64,000 nucleotides of DNA from Candidatus Marinacidobacterales bacterium (GTDB taxonomy: Bacteria; Acidobacteriota; Vicinamibacteria; Marinacidobacterales; DATDRI01): NCBI GenBank assembly GCA_965226495.1, contig OZ245365.1, positions 4,768,001 to 4,832,000 of the forward strand, in the 5' to 3' direction. This document shows, one piece after another, positions 1 through 11,249 of this stretch; position 1 is the stretch's first letter; every line of letters begins with the position of its first letter. The position numbers and the translations under genes are program-made. The notes under the pieces were generated by a model that was given only the letters and a program-made list of their open reading frames with translations, searched no databases and was not told the origin of the DNA.

Positions 1-1
1 C

Positions 2-1480
2 GAGCAAAGTCAGCCTCGCTTCATTTGGTGGCCTGCGGCTTGGTCTAGCGCGCAGTTCAAAGCCGAAGAGCTCGCACCGCTTCTACTTCACTATGCGGGC
101 TCGAGCGACCCCTACTTACGAGCGCTGGGAGCGAGAGGGCTGGCGCGTCTTCCGCGCGAGCAATCCGCGCAAGCCATCGTCCAACTGCTCACCGACCCCG
201 ACGAGAAAGTCAGGGTCGAGGCGGTGCGCGCCGCCGGGACGTTGGGTCTCAGCACTTCCGTCCCCCGCCTGCTTCAGCTCGTGGCAGAGGACACCCCTTA
301 TGTGAAAGTGGAAGCGATCCGTGCGTTGGCAACCTTGCCGGATCCACGAGCGGTCGACCCGCTCATCTACCAAATGTCGGACCCCAATCCGTGGATCCGT
401 TCCGCCGCGCTCCGGGCGGTCGCCTTTCAGGACCGAGCGAGCTTCTGGCTCCTCCTGTCAGGGATGGATCCAGACGGTGACTGGAGCGTGCGGGTCACCT
501 TGGCCAGCCTACTCGGTCAAATCAGGGGAGACCGAGCTACCGCTCTGCTCAAAGAGATGGTTGACGATCGAGACTTCCGCGTGCGTCCGGCTGCGATCGA
601 CGGGCTCGTTCAAGCGTCTCCGTCCGAGGCAAGGCCGATCGTCTTGGAGCATCTCAAGAGCGAGGACCCGTTTGAGCGAGCCGCCGCTGCACGCGGCCTC
701 GGCGAGCTCAAACCCGAAGGGGGTGTCGCTCGGCTCCTTTCCGCGCTCGAATCCTCGCTCCGGGAGGACGTCTCCGATCCGGGGCTCGCGATCCTGAGCG
801 CCCTCGAACGCTATGGGACCGAGGCACTCAAGCCAGGGGCGCAGTTAGCCCTTCAAGATCGCTCCTGGCTCGTTCGCAAACGCGCCGCCGAAGTATTGAG
901 GGACCTCGGAGAGGAAACCGCCCGCGCCGAGACTTTGGAGACTGATCGAAACCTCTATGACTATATGGACCTTCTCAATCCGCCCTACACACCCCACGCG
1001 TTCATCCGCACCGAAAAAGGAATCATCGAGGTCGAGCTCTTCATCATCGATGCACCGGTAACGGTTGCCAACTTCATGAAGCTGGCCCGTGAGGGGTTCT
1101 ACAACGGCCTGAGCATCGACCGAGTCGTCCCAAATTTCCTCATCGAGGGGGGCGATCCAAGAGGCGACGGACACGGCGGCCCGGGTTATACCGTGCGTTC
1201 CGAGGTCAACCGTCGGCCTTTCCTTCGAGGAACGCTGGGCATGACGCTCCCAGGTGGCAAAGACACAGCGGCTAGCCAGTTCTTCATCACTCACCTCCCA
1301 CAACCTCAGCTGGCGGGGACCTACACTCCCTTTGGACAGGTCATCAAAGGGATGGACCTAGTGGACCGATTGGTGCGCGGCGACGTCATTCAGAAGGTGA
1401 TCATCTGGGACGGAGTCACGGCCCCTTCCGGCCCGACTACTAGCGCCGGTCAGCCCCCGTCGAATAATTCCATCTTCTAG
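2..1480 (+). CDS. HEAT-repeat protein with C-terminal cyclophilin-type PPIase domain (5' end outside window)
   Basis: Frame is open from position 2; HEAT/PBS repeats (VRVTLASLLG, VRKRAAEVL); cyclophilin core APVTVANFMKLAREGFYNG..RVVPNF..GGDPRGDGHGGPGY. Confidence 0.85.
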   Translation, partial: EQSQPRFIWWPAAWSSAQFKAEELAPLLLHYAGSSDPYLRALGARGLARLPREQSAQAIVQLLTDPDEKVRVEAVRAAGTLGLSTSVPRLLQLVAEDTPYVKVEAIRALATLPDPRAVDPLIYQMSDPNPWIRSAALRAVAFQDRASFWLLLSGMDPDGDWSVRVTLASLLGQIRGDRATALLKEMVDDRDFRVRPAAIDGLVQASPSEARPIVLEHLKSEDPFERAAAARGLGELKPEGGVARLLSALESSLREDVSDPGLAILSALERYGTEALKPGAQLALQDRSWLVRKRAAEVLRDLGEETARAETLETDRNLYDYMDLLNPPYTPHAFIRTEKGIIEVELFIIDAPVTVANFMKLAREGFYNGLSIDRVVPNFLIEGGDPRGDGHGGPGYTVRSEVNRRPFLRGTLGMTLPGGKDTAASQFFITHLPQPQLAGTYTPFGQVIKGMDLVDRLVRGDVIQKVIIWDGVTAPSGPTTSAGQPPSNNSIF

Positions 1481-1488
1481 ACTCGTTC

Positions 1489-2322
1489 ATGCCCCGCTTC
1501 CGCCTCTTGGCGATTGATCTGGACGGAACTCTCCTCAACTCGCAACGAACGGTGCCGGAAGCAAATCGGCGCGCGCTGGAACGAGCGCAGCGACAGGGAG
1601 TGAAGCTCGCGGTGGTGACGGGGCGGCGACTTCCCGCCACCCGACCTTCTCTGGGCGGGCTGAGCCTAGAGATGACGATGGTTCTGAACGGAGGCGCGTT
1701 GATCAGCGAAAGCCTCGACGGGCCGATCGTGAAACGAAACCTGATGCCCCTCGCACTGGGCAAAGAGGTTCTCGGTTTGGCACACCGGGTCGGAGTCGCT
1801 CCCGTCGTCCACGATGGCCCTAACGGAGAAGGCCGCCTGCTGATCCAATCAGGGACTCCTGTGAGTCGCCCGCTCGAGCTCTACCTGGACAAGACGACGC
1901 CTCCCCCCGAATGGGTTCCAGACCTCGCCGCGGCCCTCTCGCGCGATCCTGTCCAAATCATGTTTGCCGGCACCGTCCAGGAGATTCGCGCCGCAGCCAG
2001 CAAGCTCGAGGATGCACTCGGCGCCCGGGTCAGTGTCGCTCGAACGGAGTACGAGATTCCCGATTTTGCTCTGCTGGACATTCTCGCACCGGGTGCTGAC
2101 AAAGCCGAGGCCCTGCGTTTCCTATCGGCAGCGGAAGGTGTGCCGTTCGCCGAGATCATGGCGATTGGAGACAACTGGAATGATCTGGGAATGCTGGAGG
2201 CGGCAGGATTCGCGGTCGTGATGGCCAACGCCGCTCCCGAGCTCCGTGCGCGTGGTTTCGTGGTAACGGGAAGCAACGACGAGGGCGGTGTAGCACAGGC
2301 GATCGATCGATATATTTTGTAG
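1489..2322 (+). CDS. Cof-type HAD-IIB hydrolase
   Basis: AIDLDGTLL motif I, VTGR motif II, AIGDNWNDLGML motif IV. Confidence 0.9.
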   Translation: MPRFRLLAIDLDGTLLNSQRTVPEANRRALERAQRQGVKLAVVTGRRLPATRPSLGGLSLEMTMVLNGGALISESLDGPIVKRNLMPLALGKEVLGLAHRVGVAPVVHDGPNGEGRLLIQSGTPVSRPLELYLDKTTPPPEWVPDLAAALSRDPVQIMFAGTVQEIRAAASKLEDALGARVSVARTEYEIPDFALLDILAPGADKAEALRFLSAAEGVPFAEIMAIGDNWNDLGMLEAAGFAVVMANAAPELRARGFVVTGSNDEGGVAQAIDRYIL

Positions 2323-2343
2323 CTAGCTAGAACCGCCGAGCAC

Positions 2344-2372
2344 AAAAAAAAGGGGGTGAGTTCATCACCCCC
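2344..2372 (-). terminator. Rho-independent terminator of the small basic peptide gene
   Basis: GGGGGTGA-gttca-TCACCCCC hairpin preceded by A8 on + (U8 tail on -). Confidence 0.8.
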
Positions 2373-2399
2373 CGCTCTCGGTACCCCTGAGAGAGTCAG

Positions 2400-2462
2400 T
2401 TACTTCTTTTTCTTGCTCGCCTTTTTCTTGGCTGTCTTGGCTTTCTTTCTGCGCTTTGCCAT
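2400..2462 (-). CDS. 20-aa Lys/Arg-rich small protein MAKRRKKAKTAKKKASKKKK
   Basis: ATG..TAA; SD GAGGAGG 8 nt upstream; own terminator and promoter; below the ORF-track cutoff. Confidence 0.75.
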   Translation of the reverse strand: MAKRRKKAKTAKKKASKKKK

Positions 2463-2700
2463 AATTGTCGCCTCCTCTCTATTTAGGGGTTAGGCATTGG
2501 TCGCGACGTACGGCGCGAGCTGAAAAGTGAGCTTTCTTTTCGAAAACTATCATCATTTCAACTTTTGCCATGCGTCTCATGCCTGCCAGCTCCTGGACTC
2601 AAACAAACTGCACGTCGACCCTCCCCAAGACCCCTCATGGACCTCGAGGAAGTCCGAACAACTAGCAGTTGATTGAGCCTGAGCTTGACATACTATATGT

Positions 2701-2729
2701 AGGATAAGGAAGCTCCCGGAACCTGTCAA
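2701..2729 (-). promoter_or_regulatory. sigma70-type promoter for the small basic peptide
   Basis: TTGACA-N17-TATCCT on - strand; inverted repeat GCTTGACA/TGTCAAGC at 2683-2731. Confidence 0.6.
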
Positions 2730-2876
2730 GCATTTTTTGCACCCCGAGAGAATTGCGTCTTTGGATTGAGAGTCTTAGCCGAATGGCGTTTTACGAAACG
2801 AGAAAAAAGCAGTAAAATAGAGGGTTGGGCGAGTCGGATTATTTTTTGGGGATAGAAAAGAGAAAGTCGAGTCCGA

Positions 2877-4010
2877 TTATTCTTCGGTTTCACTGGCAGA
2901 ATATTTCGTTTCTAGCTTCGTTTTTTGTGAAGCTCGTTCTAATGCGAGCGCGATCAAACGATCGACTAACTCGGAAAACGAAAGACCGCTCGCTTCCCAA
3001 AGTTTCGGATACATGCTGATCGAAGTAAAGCCAGGAATGGTGTTGACTTCGTTCACGAAGAGCTCCCCCGTCGACCGTGAAAGGAAAAGATCGGCGCGAG
3101 CCATGCCCGCGGCGTCTACGGCAGTGAACGCGTCGATCGCCAATTGCTGAGCGCGAGACGTCGTCTCTTCATCCAAGGGCGCGGGGATCAGAAGTTCCGA
3201 GTCGTCGTCAATGTATTTTGCTCGGTAGTCATAGAACTCTCGCGAAGGAACTATCTCACCAGGCAGAGAAGCTCGCGGCTCGTCGTTGCCGAGCACGCTG
3301 ACTTCTATCTCCCTCGCGTCAATCCCCTGCTCGACGATCGCTTTACGATCGTAGCGGAAGGCTTCCCGCAGAGCAGGCGTGAGCTCGGCAAACGTCTTGA
3401 CCTTGCTCACACCGACACTCGAGCCGAGGTTGGCCGGTTTGACGAAGAGCGGATAGGAAAGGGCTTTTTCGATGACCGCGAGTACCTGTTTCGCGGCTCG
3501 ATCCCATACGTGACTGGAGACAACTTCATACGCAAGAACCGGCAGGCCGCAGTCGCGGAAGACGGATTTCATGAGCGCCTTATCCATGGCGACCGCCGAC
3601 GCCGCCACGCCAGCTCCGACGTAGGCGATTCCGGTTAGCTCGAGAAACCCTTGCACGGTACCGTCTTCGCCATAGGTTCCGTGGAGCACAGGAAACACCA
3701 CGTCCAACTGTCCCGGTCCCGCTTGAGGTCGCCAACTCGCTTGCGGTTTCTCTTGAACAAGAAGCTCCGAAGAAGTGGGGTCGGCCAGCAGCCCGATTGG
3801 CTTGGCTTCTTCACCGGCGACCCCTTCGAGGAACGGGTGCTCCCTTGCCGCGGGAAGCCGCCAACCTCCGTCTCGCCCGATCTTGAGCGGGATCACTTCG
3901 TACTTCTCACGATCGAGGGCTGCCACTATCGCCGCCGCTGAACGCAGCGAGACTTCGTGCTCCGCGGAACGGCCTCCGAAGAGCACTCCGACCTTCAGAC
4001 GCTTGGCCAT
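2877..4010 (-). CDS. ddl: D-alanine--D-alanine ligase
   Basis: GGRSAEHEVS, PVLHGTYGEDG, KPANLGSSVG, NEVNTIPGFT; start may be 4019. Confidence 0.95.
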   Translation of the reverse strand: MAKRLKVGVLFGGRSAEHEVSLRSAAAIVAALDREKYEVIPLKIGRDGGWRLPAAREHPFLEGVAGEEAKPIGLLADPTSSELLVQEKPQASWRPQAGPGQLDVVFPVLHGTYGEDGTVQGFLELTGIAYVGAGVAASAVAMDKALMKSVFRDCGLPVLAYEVVSSHVWDRAAKQVLAVIEKALSYPLFVKPANLGSSVGVSKVKTFAELTPALREAFRYDRKAIVEQGIDAREIEVSVLGNDEPRASLPGEIVPSREFYDYRAKYIDDDSELLIPAPLDEETTSRAQQLAIDAFTAVDAAGMARADLFLSRSTGELFVNEVNTIPGFTSISMYPKLWEASGLSFSELVDRLIALALERASQKTKLETKYSASETEE

Positions 4011-4099
4011 TGGGATCATCTCGATTCTAGCATCTCTTCCATTTCAGGCGGCCCGGTTCGTTCGGGTTCTAAGCCGCCCCCCTTTCCGGAAAGTCCTGA

Positions 4100-5233
<1,134 letters not shown>

Positions 5234-5265
5234 TGCGATCGTGGAGCTTGAACTATGATTAAAAA

Positions 5266-5589
5266 ATGTTTCCTATACTGATGGCCGCTGCGGGTGGTGA
5301 AGGACCCGGATTCGCCGATCAGCTCATGCTGATCCTCATCATCTTTAGCATCTTCTACTTCATCGTCTTCCGACCGATGCGCAAGGGGCAAAGGGACACC
5401 GAGGAAATGCGATCGGGTTTGAAGAACGGCGATCGCATCGTGACCAACGGCGGAATCTACGGGACGGTAGTCGGTGTCTCGGAAGACATCGTTCAGGTTA
5501 GAATCGCCGACCAGGTAAAGATTCAACTCGCCAAGTCTGCCGTGGCGCGCCGCGTCGAAGAATCGGCAGGCAAGGGATCCGGCGCGTAA
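5266..5589 (+). CDS. yajC: Preprotein translocase subunit YajC
   Basis: One TM then LKNGDRIVTNGGIYG; tgt-yajC-secD-secF synteny. Confidence 0.93.
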   Translation: MFPILMAAAGGEGPGFADQLMLILIIFSIFYFIVFRPMRKGQRDTEEMRSGLKNGDRIVTNGGIYGTVVGVSEDIVQVRIADQVKIQLAKSAVARRVEESAGKGSGA

Positions 5590-5616
5590 ACAGGATCCAC
5601 GGAGAATTAGCACCCC

Positions 5617-7167
5617 ATGAAAAAAAACTTGAAGTGGAAGGCCGCCCTCATCGCCTTGGTGGTGGTCGTCTTCGGTTTATCGATGAACCCGCCCGAGGAA
5701 AAAATAAAGCTCGGCCTCGATCTTCGAGGGGGCATCCATCTCATCATGAAGGTCAACACCGTGGACGCATTGGTGGCAGTGACCGATGAGACGGTGGACG
5801 CGCTCGGCACTTTGCTCGACGCCGAGAGCATCTCCTTCGACAACGTCGAGTCCGACGAGCCAGGGAGCGTTCGCGTCGTCGGACTCGACGTCAACAAGGA
5901 TCAAGAGTTTCGGACTTTGGTCGAAACGAATCATCCGAGCTGGGATCCCACGCGACCCGAGCCAGGGGTGTGGGAACTCCGCATGCGGCCCGCCGATCTC
6001 AATCGCGTCCGAGAGGAAACGGTCACGCAAGCCATCGAGACCATTCGACGGAGAGTGGATGGGCTGGGGGTGGCAGAACCGGTCATCGCACCGCATGGGG
6101 ATCGAGGGGACCAGATCTTGGTTCAACTGCCCGGTTACGGCAACGTGGCCAACGCCAAGGAGGTCATTCGCTCCACGGCAAAGCTGGACCTCAAGCTCGT
6201 TCAGTCGGCGGCGGCGACAAAAGAGCAATTACTTCAGGGACGCGAGCAGGCGCCCGCAGGCATGGAGGTTCTTCCCGGAAAGGCCGAGACCGGTGCCACC
6301 GACGAAGTCTGGTACATGGTTGAAAAGGTGCCCATGATTACCGGTCGCGACCTGAAGAACGCTCGGCAGTCGATCGACTACGAGACCAACACACCGAATG
6401 TGTCCTTCTTACTGAAGCCAGAGGGCGCAAACAAGTTCCGTCGTGCAACGCAAGAGAACATCGGTCGACAGCTGGCGATCATCCTCGACGACAGAGTCTT
6501 CTCGGCGCCGGTCATCCAATCGTCGATCTACGATGAGGGGCAAATCACGGGCCAATTCACGCTGGAAGAGGCTCAGAATCTGGCGCTCACTTTGAGGTCG
6601 GGCGCCCTACCTGCTTCCCTCGAGTATCAGGAAGAGCGCACGGTCGGACCCAGTTTGGGCGCCGATTCCATTCGCACCGGCGTCATGGCTTCCGCGGTCG
6701 GCCTCGCGGGCGTCGTACTCTTCATCCTTTTCTACTATCGGCTCTCTGGCATCAACGCGGTCGTGGCACTGCTGCTGAACCTGCTCATGCTGTTGGGTGC
6801 CATGGCCTACTTCGGGGCAACGCTGACGCTGCCCGGCATCGCGGGGGTCATTTTGACTATCGGCATCGGCGTCGACTCCAACGTGCTCATCTTCGAGCGT
6901 ATCAAGGAAGAAATGCGGGGTGGAAAGACACCTCGGACTGCGATTTCGGCTGGGTTCAGCAAGGTCTTCTGGACGATCTTCGACACGCACCTTACTAGTT
7001 TGGTGGCTGCTGCCATCCTCTTCCAGTTCGGGACCGGTCCGGTGCAAGGCTTTGCCGTCACCCTCAGCATCGGTTTGATGGCCAACGTTTTCACCGCCAT
7101 CTTCGTCTCGCGCTTCATTTTCGACCTCGTCCTTGGACGTCGACAGGTCGAAGCGCTGTCCATTTAA
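5617..7167 (+). CDS. secD: Protein translocase subunit SecD
   Basis: LGLDLRGG, LRSGALP, VGPSLG, VDSNVLIFERIKEE. Confidence 0.95.
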   Translation: MKKNLKWKAALIALVVVVFGLSMNPPEEKIKLGLDLRGGIHLIMKVNTVDALVAVTDETVDALGTLLDAESISFDNVESDEPGSVRVVGLDVNKDQEFRTLVETNHPSWDPTRPEPGVWELRMRPADLNRVREETVTQAIETIRRRVDGLGVAEPVIAPHGDRGDQILVQLPGYGNVANAKEVIRSTAKLDLKLVQSAAATKEQLLQGREQAPAGMEVLPGKAETGATDEVWYMVEKVPMITGRDLKNARQSIDYETNTPNVSFLLKPEGANKFRRATQENIGRQLAIILDDRVFSAPVIQSSIYDEGQITGQFTLEEAQNLALTLRSGALPASLEYQEERTVGPSLGADSIRTGVMASAVGLAGVVLFILFYYRLSGINAVVALLLNLLMLLGAMAYFGATLTLPGIAGVILTIGIGVDSNVLIFERIKEEMRGGKTPRTAISAGFSKVFWTIFDTHLTSLVAAAILFQFGTGPVQGFAVTLSIGLMANVFTAIFVSRFIFDLVLGRRQVEALSI

Positions 7168-7179
7168 GCAGGAAGGTCC

Positions 7180-8133
7180 ATGGATATTCTCCGCGACACC
7201 AACATCAATTGGTTGAAGTACCGCTGGTACTTCCTCTCCTTTTCGCTCGTCGTGTTTCTGGTGGGAGCCTTCAACGTCTATCGCGAAGGCGGCCTGCGAT
7301 TCGGCATCGATTTCTCGGAAGGCACCATCGTCTACGCGAAGTTCGAGAACACACCACAAGTCGACTCCATCCGTCAGGCGCTCGGCGGCTCCGGCTTGGG
7401 CGAGGCCGTCATCCAGCGCTACGACCAACCCAGCATGAATCAGGTCATGATTCGCGTGGAGCGTGAAGCCCAGCAAACCGGTGAGCTCGATACCACCGCA
7501 AATCAGATCCTGACTACCCTCAGGGAGCAGTACCCGGAAAACACGCTCATCGACTCCAGCACCGAGATCGTGGGCCCGGTGGTGGGGCAAGAGCTTCGTC
7601 GCAAGGCGACCAACGCGACTCTACTCGCGCTGATAGCCATGCTGGTTTACATCGGATTCCGTTTCGAGTTCATCTATGGGGTCGGTGCAACCATCGCCGT
7701 CCTGCATGACGTGTTACTCACCGTGGGACTGGTCTCGATCTTCGGGTACGAAATAAGCTTGAACGTGATCGCGGCCTTCCTAACGTTGGTGGGTTATTCG
7801 GTTAACGACACGATCGTCATATTCGATCGGGTGCGGGAGAATCGGCGGCTCCTGCGACGCAAACCGCTCGACGAGATCATCAATCTCTCTATTAACCAGA
7901 CCCTCCGAAGAACCGTCCTCACCTCGGGAATTACGTTCATCACCGTGGCCTGCTTGTATGTACTCGGCGGCGAGGTATTGCGCTCGTTCGCTTTCGTGCT
8001 GGTCTCGGGCATCATCGTGGGAACGTATTCCTCGATAGCCATCGCCTCGCCGATCGTGAGTTGGTGGCGGAAGTTCCGGGAGAAGCGTGCTTCCAGAAAG
8101 GCGAAGGCGTCGGCCAGAGCCGCCCGCGCCTAG
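7180..8133 (+). CDS. secF: Protein translocase subunit SecF
   Basis: GIDFSEGT, GYSVNDTIVIFDRVRE, GTYSSIAIA. Confidence 0.95.
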   Translation: MDILRDTNINWLKYRWYFLSFSLVVFLVGAFNVYREGGLRFGIDFSEGTIVYAKFENTPQVDSIRQALGGSGLGEAVIQRYDQPSMNQVMIRVEREAQQTGELDTTANQILTTLREQYPENTLIDSSTEIVGPVVGQELRRKATNATLLALIAMLVYIGFRFEFIYGVGATIAVLHDVLLTVGLVSIFGYEISLNVIAAFLTLVGYSVNDTIVIFDRVRENRRLLRRKPLDEIINLSINQTLRRTVLTSGITFITVACLYVLGGEVLRSFAFVLVSGIIVGTYSSIAIASPIVSWWRKFREKRASRKAKASARAARA

Positions 8134-8309
8134 CCGGGAGGTATCGTCACCTCCGTCGTCGCCGGTTCCGCGACTCTCCCCGACTCATTGATTATCTTTC
8201 TGGCGGTTTATTTATAATTTCACATTGAAGCTATTGGATTGCCAAATACATAATTTTTGACATACAATCCCCCGGCGCGAAGTGGGGGTATCGGACTGAG
8301 CCAAAAGGC

Positions 8310-8338
8310 TTGACAGCGCCACCGGTCGAAGCTAGCAT
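8310..8338 (+). promoter_or_regulatory. sigma70-type promoter of the tonB-exbBDD operon
   Basis: TTGACA-N17-TAGCAT downstream of an AT-rich tract. Confidence 0.55.
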
Positions 8339-8710
8339 TAGCGGCTCACAGGGCTAGGTGGTTTCCCAAACCACGCCCAAGATATTGACCCGAGGCTTTA
8401 ATCATTGTAAGCATAGGCAGTCCGGCGCCTTTCCGGAACGGTCCCCATCCCGTCCGAGGCATTGAGAGATGATCGATCCTGTTTTGCCCGTCTTGCCCGC
8501 CAGGGGAGCACAGGTTGTCCGGTCGATACCATCCGTCGTACCCTCCCAAGCCTCGCGGGAACCATTTGCCCTCAATCGGTGTCTAATGGGGTGCCCCGGC
8601 TTTACCAAGCCCTTGGTCTGGAGCGAAACAGGCAGGCTTGGATTTCTGAGGGGAGGCCGGAATTGATCATTGCCGGCCCCTCGAGACTCGAGAAAGGAGC
8701 ATAGAAGCCC

Positions 8711-9430
8711 GTGGCCAAGGAAATGATGACGTTTCTGGTCGAATCTTCTCAGCATCACAGGGGGATGGGGAGGTCGACGGCAAGCTTCGTGACCTCCTTT
8801 GCTATTCAAACCGCCCTTCTCGCCGCCATTATCATCGTTCCGCTGATGGCAACCGACGCGCTGCCCACACCGGCAGGAATCATGACCTTCATGGCGTCCG
8901 CGCCTCCACCCCCACCCCCTCCACCGCCGCCACCGGCGCCGAAAAAGAAGCGGCGTCGGCCGACCGCTCCAAAGCCCGTCCTGAGCTCCACCCCCAAATT
9001 CGTCGCCCCGGTCGAGATCCCTGATGAAATCGGATTAGGGGACTTTGGCGTACCGGGGGGCGTGGAAGGTGGCGTCCCGGGCGGAATGCTCGGCGGCATC
9101 GTGGGTGGTCTTCCCGATGCTCCGGCCATCGACACCTCGCAACCGGTGCGAGTGGGCGGAGATATCAAGCCGCCCAAGAAGATCAAAGATGCGAACCCCG
9201 TCTACCCAGACATCGCAAGGCAGGCCCGCGTTCAAGGAATCGTCATCTTGGAAGCGATTATCGACCCAGCAGGCAACGTCACGAACGTGCGCGTTCTGCG
9301 GTCCATCCCCCTGCTGGATCAGTCGGCCGTCCATGCGGTGAAGCAATGGAAGTACGAGCCAACGAGGCTGAATGGCGTGCCCGTCCCCATCGTCATGACG
9401 GTGACCGTTAATTTTGCCCTACAGAGTTAA
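8711..9430 (+). CDS. tonB: TonB family energy transducer
   Basis: N-terminal TM, poly-Pro linker, C-terminal PVYPDIARQARVQGIV..AVKQWKYEP; SD AAGGAG. Confidence 0.88.
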   Translation: MAKEMMTFLVESSQHHRGMGRSTASFVTSFAIQTALLAAIIIVPLMATDALPTPAGIMTFMASAPPPPPPPPPPPAPKKKRRRPTAPKPVLSSTPKFVAPVEIPDEIGLGDFGVPGGVEGGVPGGMLGGIVGGLPDAPAIDTSQPVRVGGDIKPPKKIKDANPVYPDIARQARVQGIVILEAIIDPAGNVTNVRVLRSIPLLDQSAVHAVKQWKYEPTRLNGVPVPIVMTVTVNFALQS

Positions 9431-9476
9431 AACGAGCTGATTTCGTAATTCAAAGTCCCCAACCGAGGAGGAGAAC

Positions 9477-10154
9477 ATGCAGTTTGGAATGATTGAGATG
9501 ATTGAATCGATGGGTCCGGCGGCTATTGCCACCAACGTCGTCTTGCTAATCATGTCCATGTACTCGATCGGCCTCATGATCGAGCGGGCATGGGCGTTTC
9601 ATCAGGCTAAGACCCAGTCCCGCGCCTACGCGCCTCAGGTCGCCAAGCTGCTGAAGGACGGCAAGATCGGCGACGCCATCAAGCTCAGCGGTAAGAAGGA
9701 CAACCGTTATAGCCACCTGGCGAAAGTACTCTTGGCCGGCCTGCAGGAATATGAGTTCCAGCAGGAAAGTGGTGGAACGAACCGCGAGGACATGATGGAA
9801 GCAGCGCACCGGGCCATCGAGCGGGCCACCGCGGTGAACCTCGCCGATCTCAAGAAGGGACTATCCGGACTGGCCACCATCGGCGCCACGGCCCCCTTCG
9901 TGGGACTGTTCGGAACGGTGCTCGGTATCATCAATGCATTCCGCGGCATGGCGTTGACCGGCTCCGGAGGTATCGGCGCGGTCTCGGCGGGTATTTCCGA
10001 GGCTCTGGTCGCGACTGCTTTCGGTCTCTTCGTGGCCGTGCCTGCGGTGTGGTCCTTCAACTACTTCATCACCCGGGTCGAGGGCTTCACGATAGAGATG
10101 GACAACAGCTCCTCCGAGCTCATCGACTACATGGCCAAGAAAACCACGGGCTAA
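9477..10154 (+). CDS. exbB: ExbB/TolQ/MotA proton channel
   Basis: ATIGATAPFVGLFGTVLGI, GISEALVATAFGL. Confidence 0.9.
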   Translation: MQFGMIEMIESMGPAAIATNVVLLIMSMYSIGLMIERAWAFHQAKTQSRAYAPQVAKLLKDGKIGDAIKLSGKKDNRYSHLAKVLLAGLQEYEFQQESGGTNREDMMEAAHRAIERATAVNLADLKKGLSGLATIGATAPFVGLFGTVLGIINAFRGMALTGSGGIGAVSAGISEALVATAFGLFVAVPAVWSFNYFITRVEGFTIEMDNSSSELIDYMAKKTTG

Positions 10155-10182
10155 GCCCCTTTTTCCAGGAGGATATTAACCC

Positions 10183-10614
10183 ATGGGTATGAGTGGAGGA
10201 GGAGACAGAAGCCCGCTTAACAGCAATATCAATGTGACGCCGCTCGTCGACGTGATGTTGGTGTTACTCATCATCTTCATGGTGGTGACGCCGCTGCTGC
10301 AAAAAGGTGTCGACGTCAAGCTGCCGGTCGCGGAGTATCCAAGCGACCACCCAGACAACGAAAGTGTGGTCACCGTAGCCGTGAAGCGGGATCGCACCCT
10401 CTATCTCGACATGATCCCCGTTGCCAAGAGCGAGCTCCAGGCCAAGGTGCGAGAGAAGTTCGCCGGTCGCGCCGAAAAACTTCTCTTCCTGAAGGCCGAC
10501 GAGGAACTCGAGTATGGCGCGGTGTTGGAGGTCATGGACATCTGCCGCGATGGTGGTGCCGAGGAGATCGGTCTCATTACCGACGTGAAGACGACTGGCA
10601 TAGGCGGCCGCTAG
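10183..10614 (+). CDS. exbD: ExbD/TolR biopolymer transporter
   Basis: INVTPLVDVMLVLLIIFMV. Confidence 0.9.
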   Translation: MGMSGGGDRSPLNSNINVTPLVDVMLVLLIIFMVVTPLLQKGVDVKLPVAEYPSDHPDNESVVTVAVKRDRTLYLDMIPVAKSELQAKVREKFAGRAEKLLFLKADEELEYGAVLEVMDICRDGGAEEIGLITDVKTTGIGGR

Positions 10615-10654
10615 GGTCGCCTCGCTCGTTCATACATAAAAGGAGTAACGACTT

Positions 10655-11065
10655 ATGGCGATGTCATCAGGGGGGGCTAAAGGCCCCAGCTCAGACATCA
10701 ATGTAACGCCTCTCATCGACGTGATGCTGGTGCTGCTCATCATCTTCATGGTGGTGACGCCGCTCACGCAGAAGGGGCTGGACGTAGAGTTGCCGGAGTC
10801 GGAAGACAACATCGTTCAGGAGCAACAGGAGCCAAACCCCAATCAGCTGGTTCTCAATATCGACGAGGATCTGCTGGTTACCATCAACAAACAACCGGTC
10901 ACTCGGGAAGAGCTTCCGTTGAGGATACGGGACATCTTCGAGACCCGTGCCGACAAGACCATTTTCCTTCGCGCTGCGTCCACCCTGACCTATGGCCAGG
11001 TCGTGGATGTGTTGGACGTCGCCAAGGGCAATGGTGTCGAGCGGGTGGGAATTGTCCCGCCTTAG
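10655..11065 (+). CDS. exbD: Second ExbD/TolR paralogue
   Basis: INVTPLIDVMLVLLIIFMV. Confidence 0.9.
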   Translation: MAMSSGGAKGPSSDINVTPLIDVMLVLLIIFMVVTPLTQKGLDVELPESEDNIVQEQQEPNPNQLVLNIDEDLLVTINKQPVTREELPLRIRDIFETRADKTIFLRAASTLTYGQVVDVLDVAKGNGVERVGIVPP

Positions 11066-11085
11066 GATTTCTGAGTTTCGATTTC

Positions 11086-11125
11086 GGAGTGAGGGGAGCC
11101 TCTGACTCCCCTCACTCCAGCCTTT
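11086..11125 (+). terminator. Hairpin terminator after exbD
   Basis: GGAGTGAGGGGAG..CTCCCCTCACTCC 13-bp stem, weak U tail. Confidence 0.55.
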
Positions 11126-11249
11126 CCCTCGCGTAATTAGCCGGTTATTAGCATCAGCGGCCCGCGCCAGAGGTCTCATGCGCCGCAGGCGGGCAGGGTC
11201 AGCCGAGCGCCCCCAAGCTCTTTGACACCCACCGGGATATCTCCGGGCA

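Noticed and set aside
10225-10790. Nucleotide repeat between the two exbD genes
   Set aside because: Explained by the conserved TM motif of paralogues
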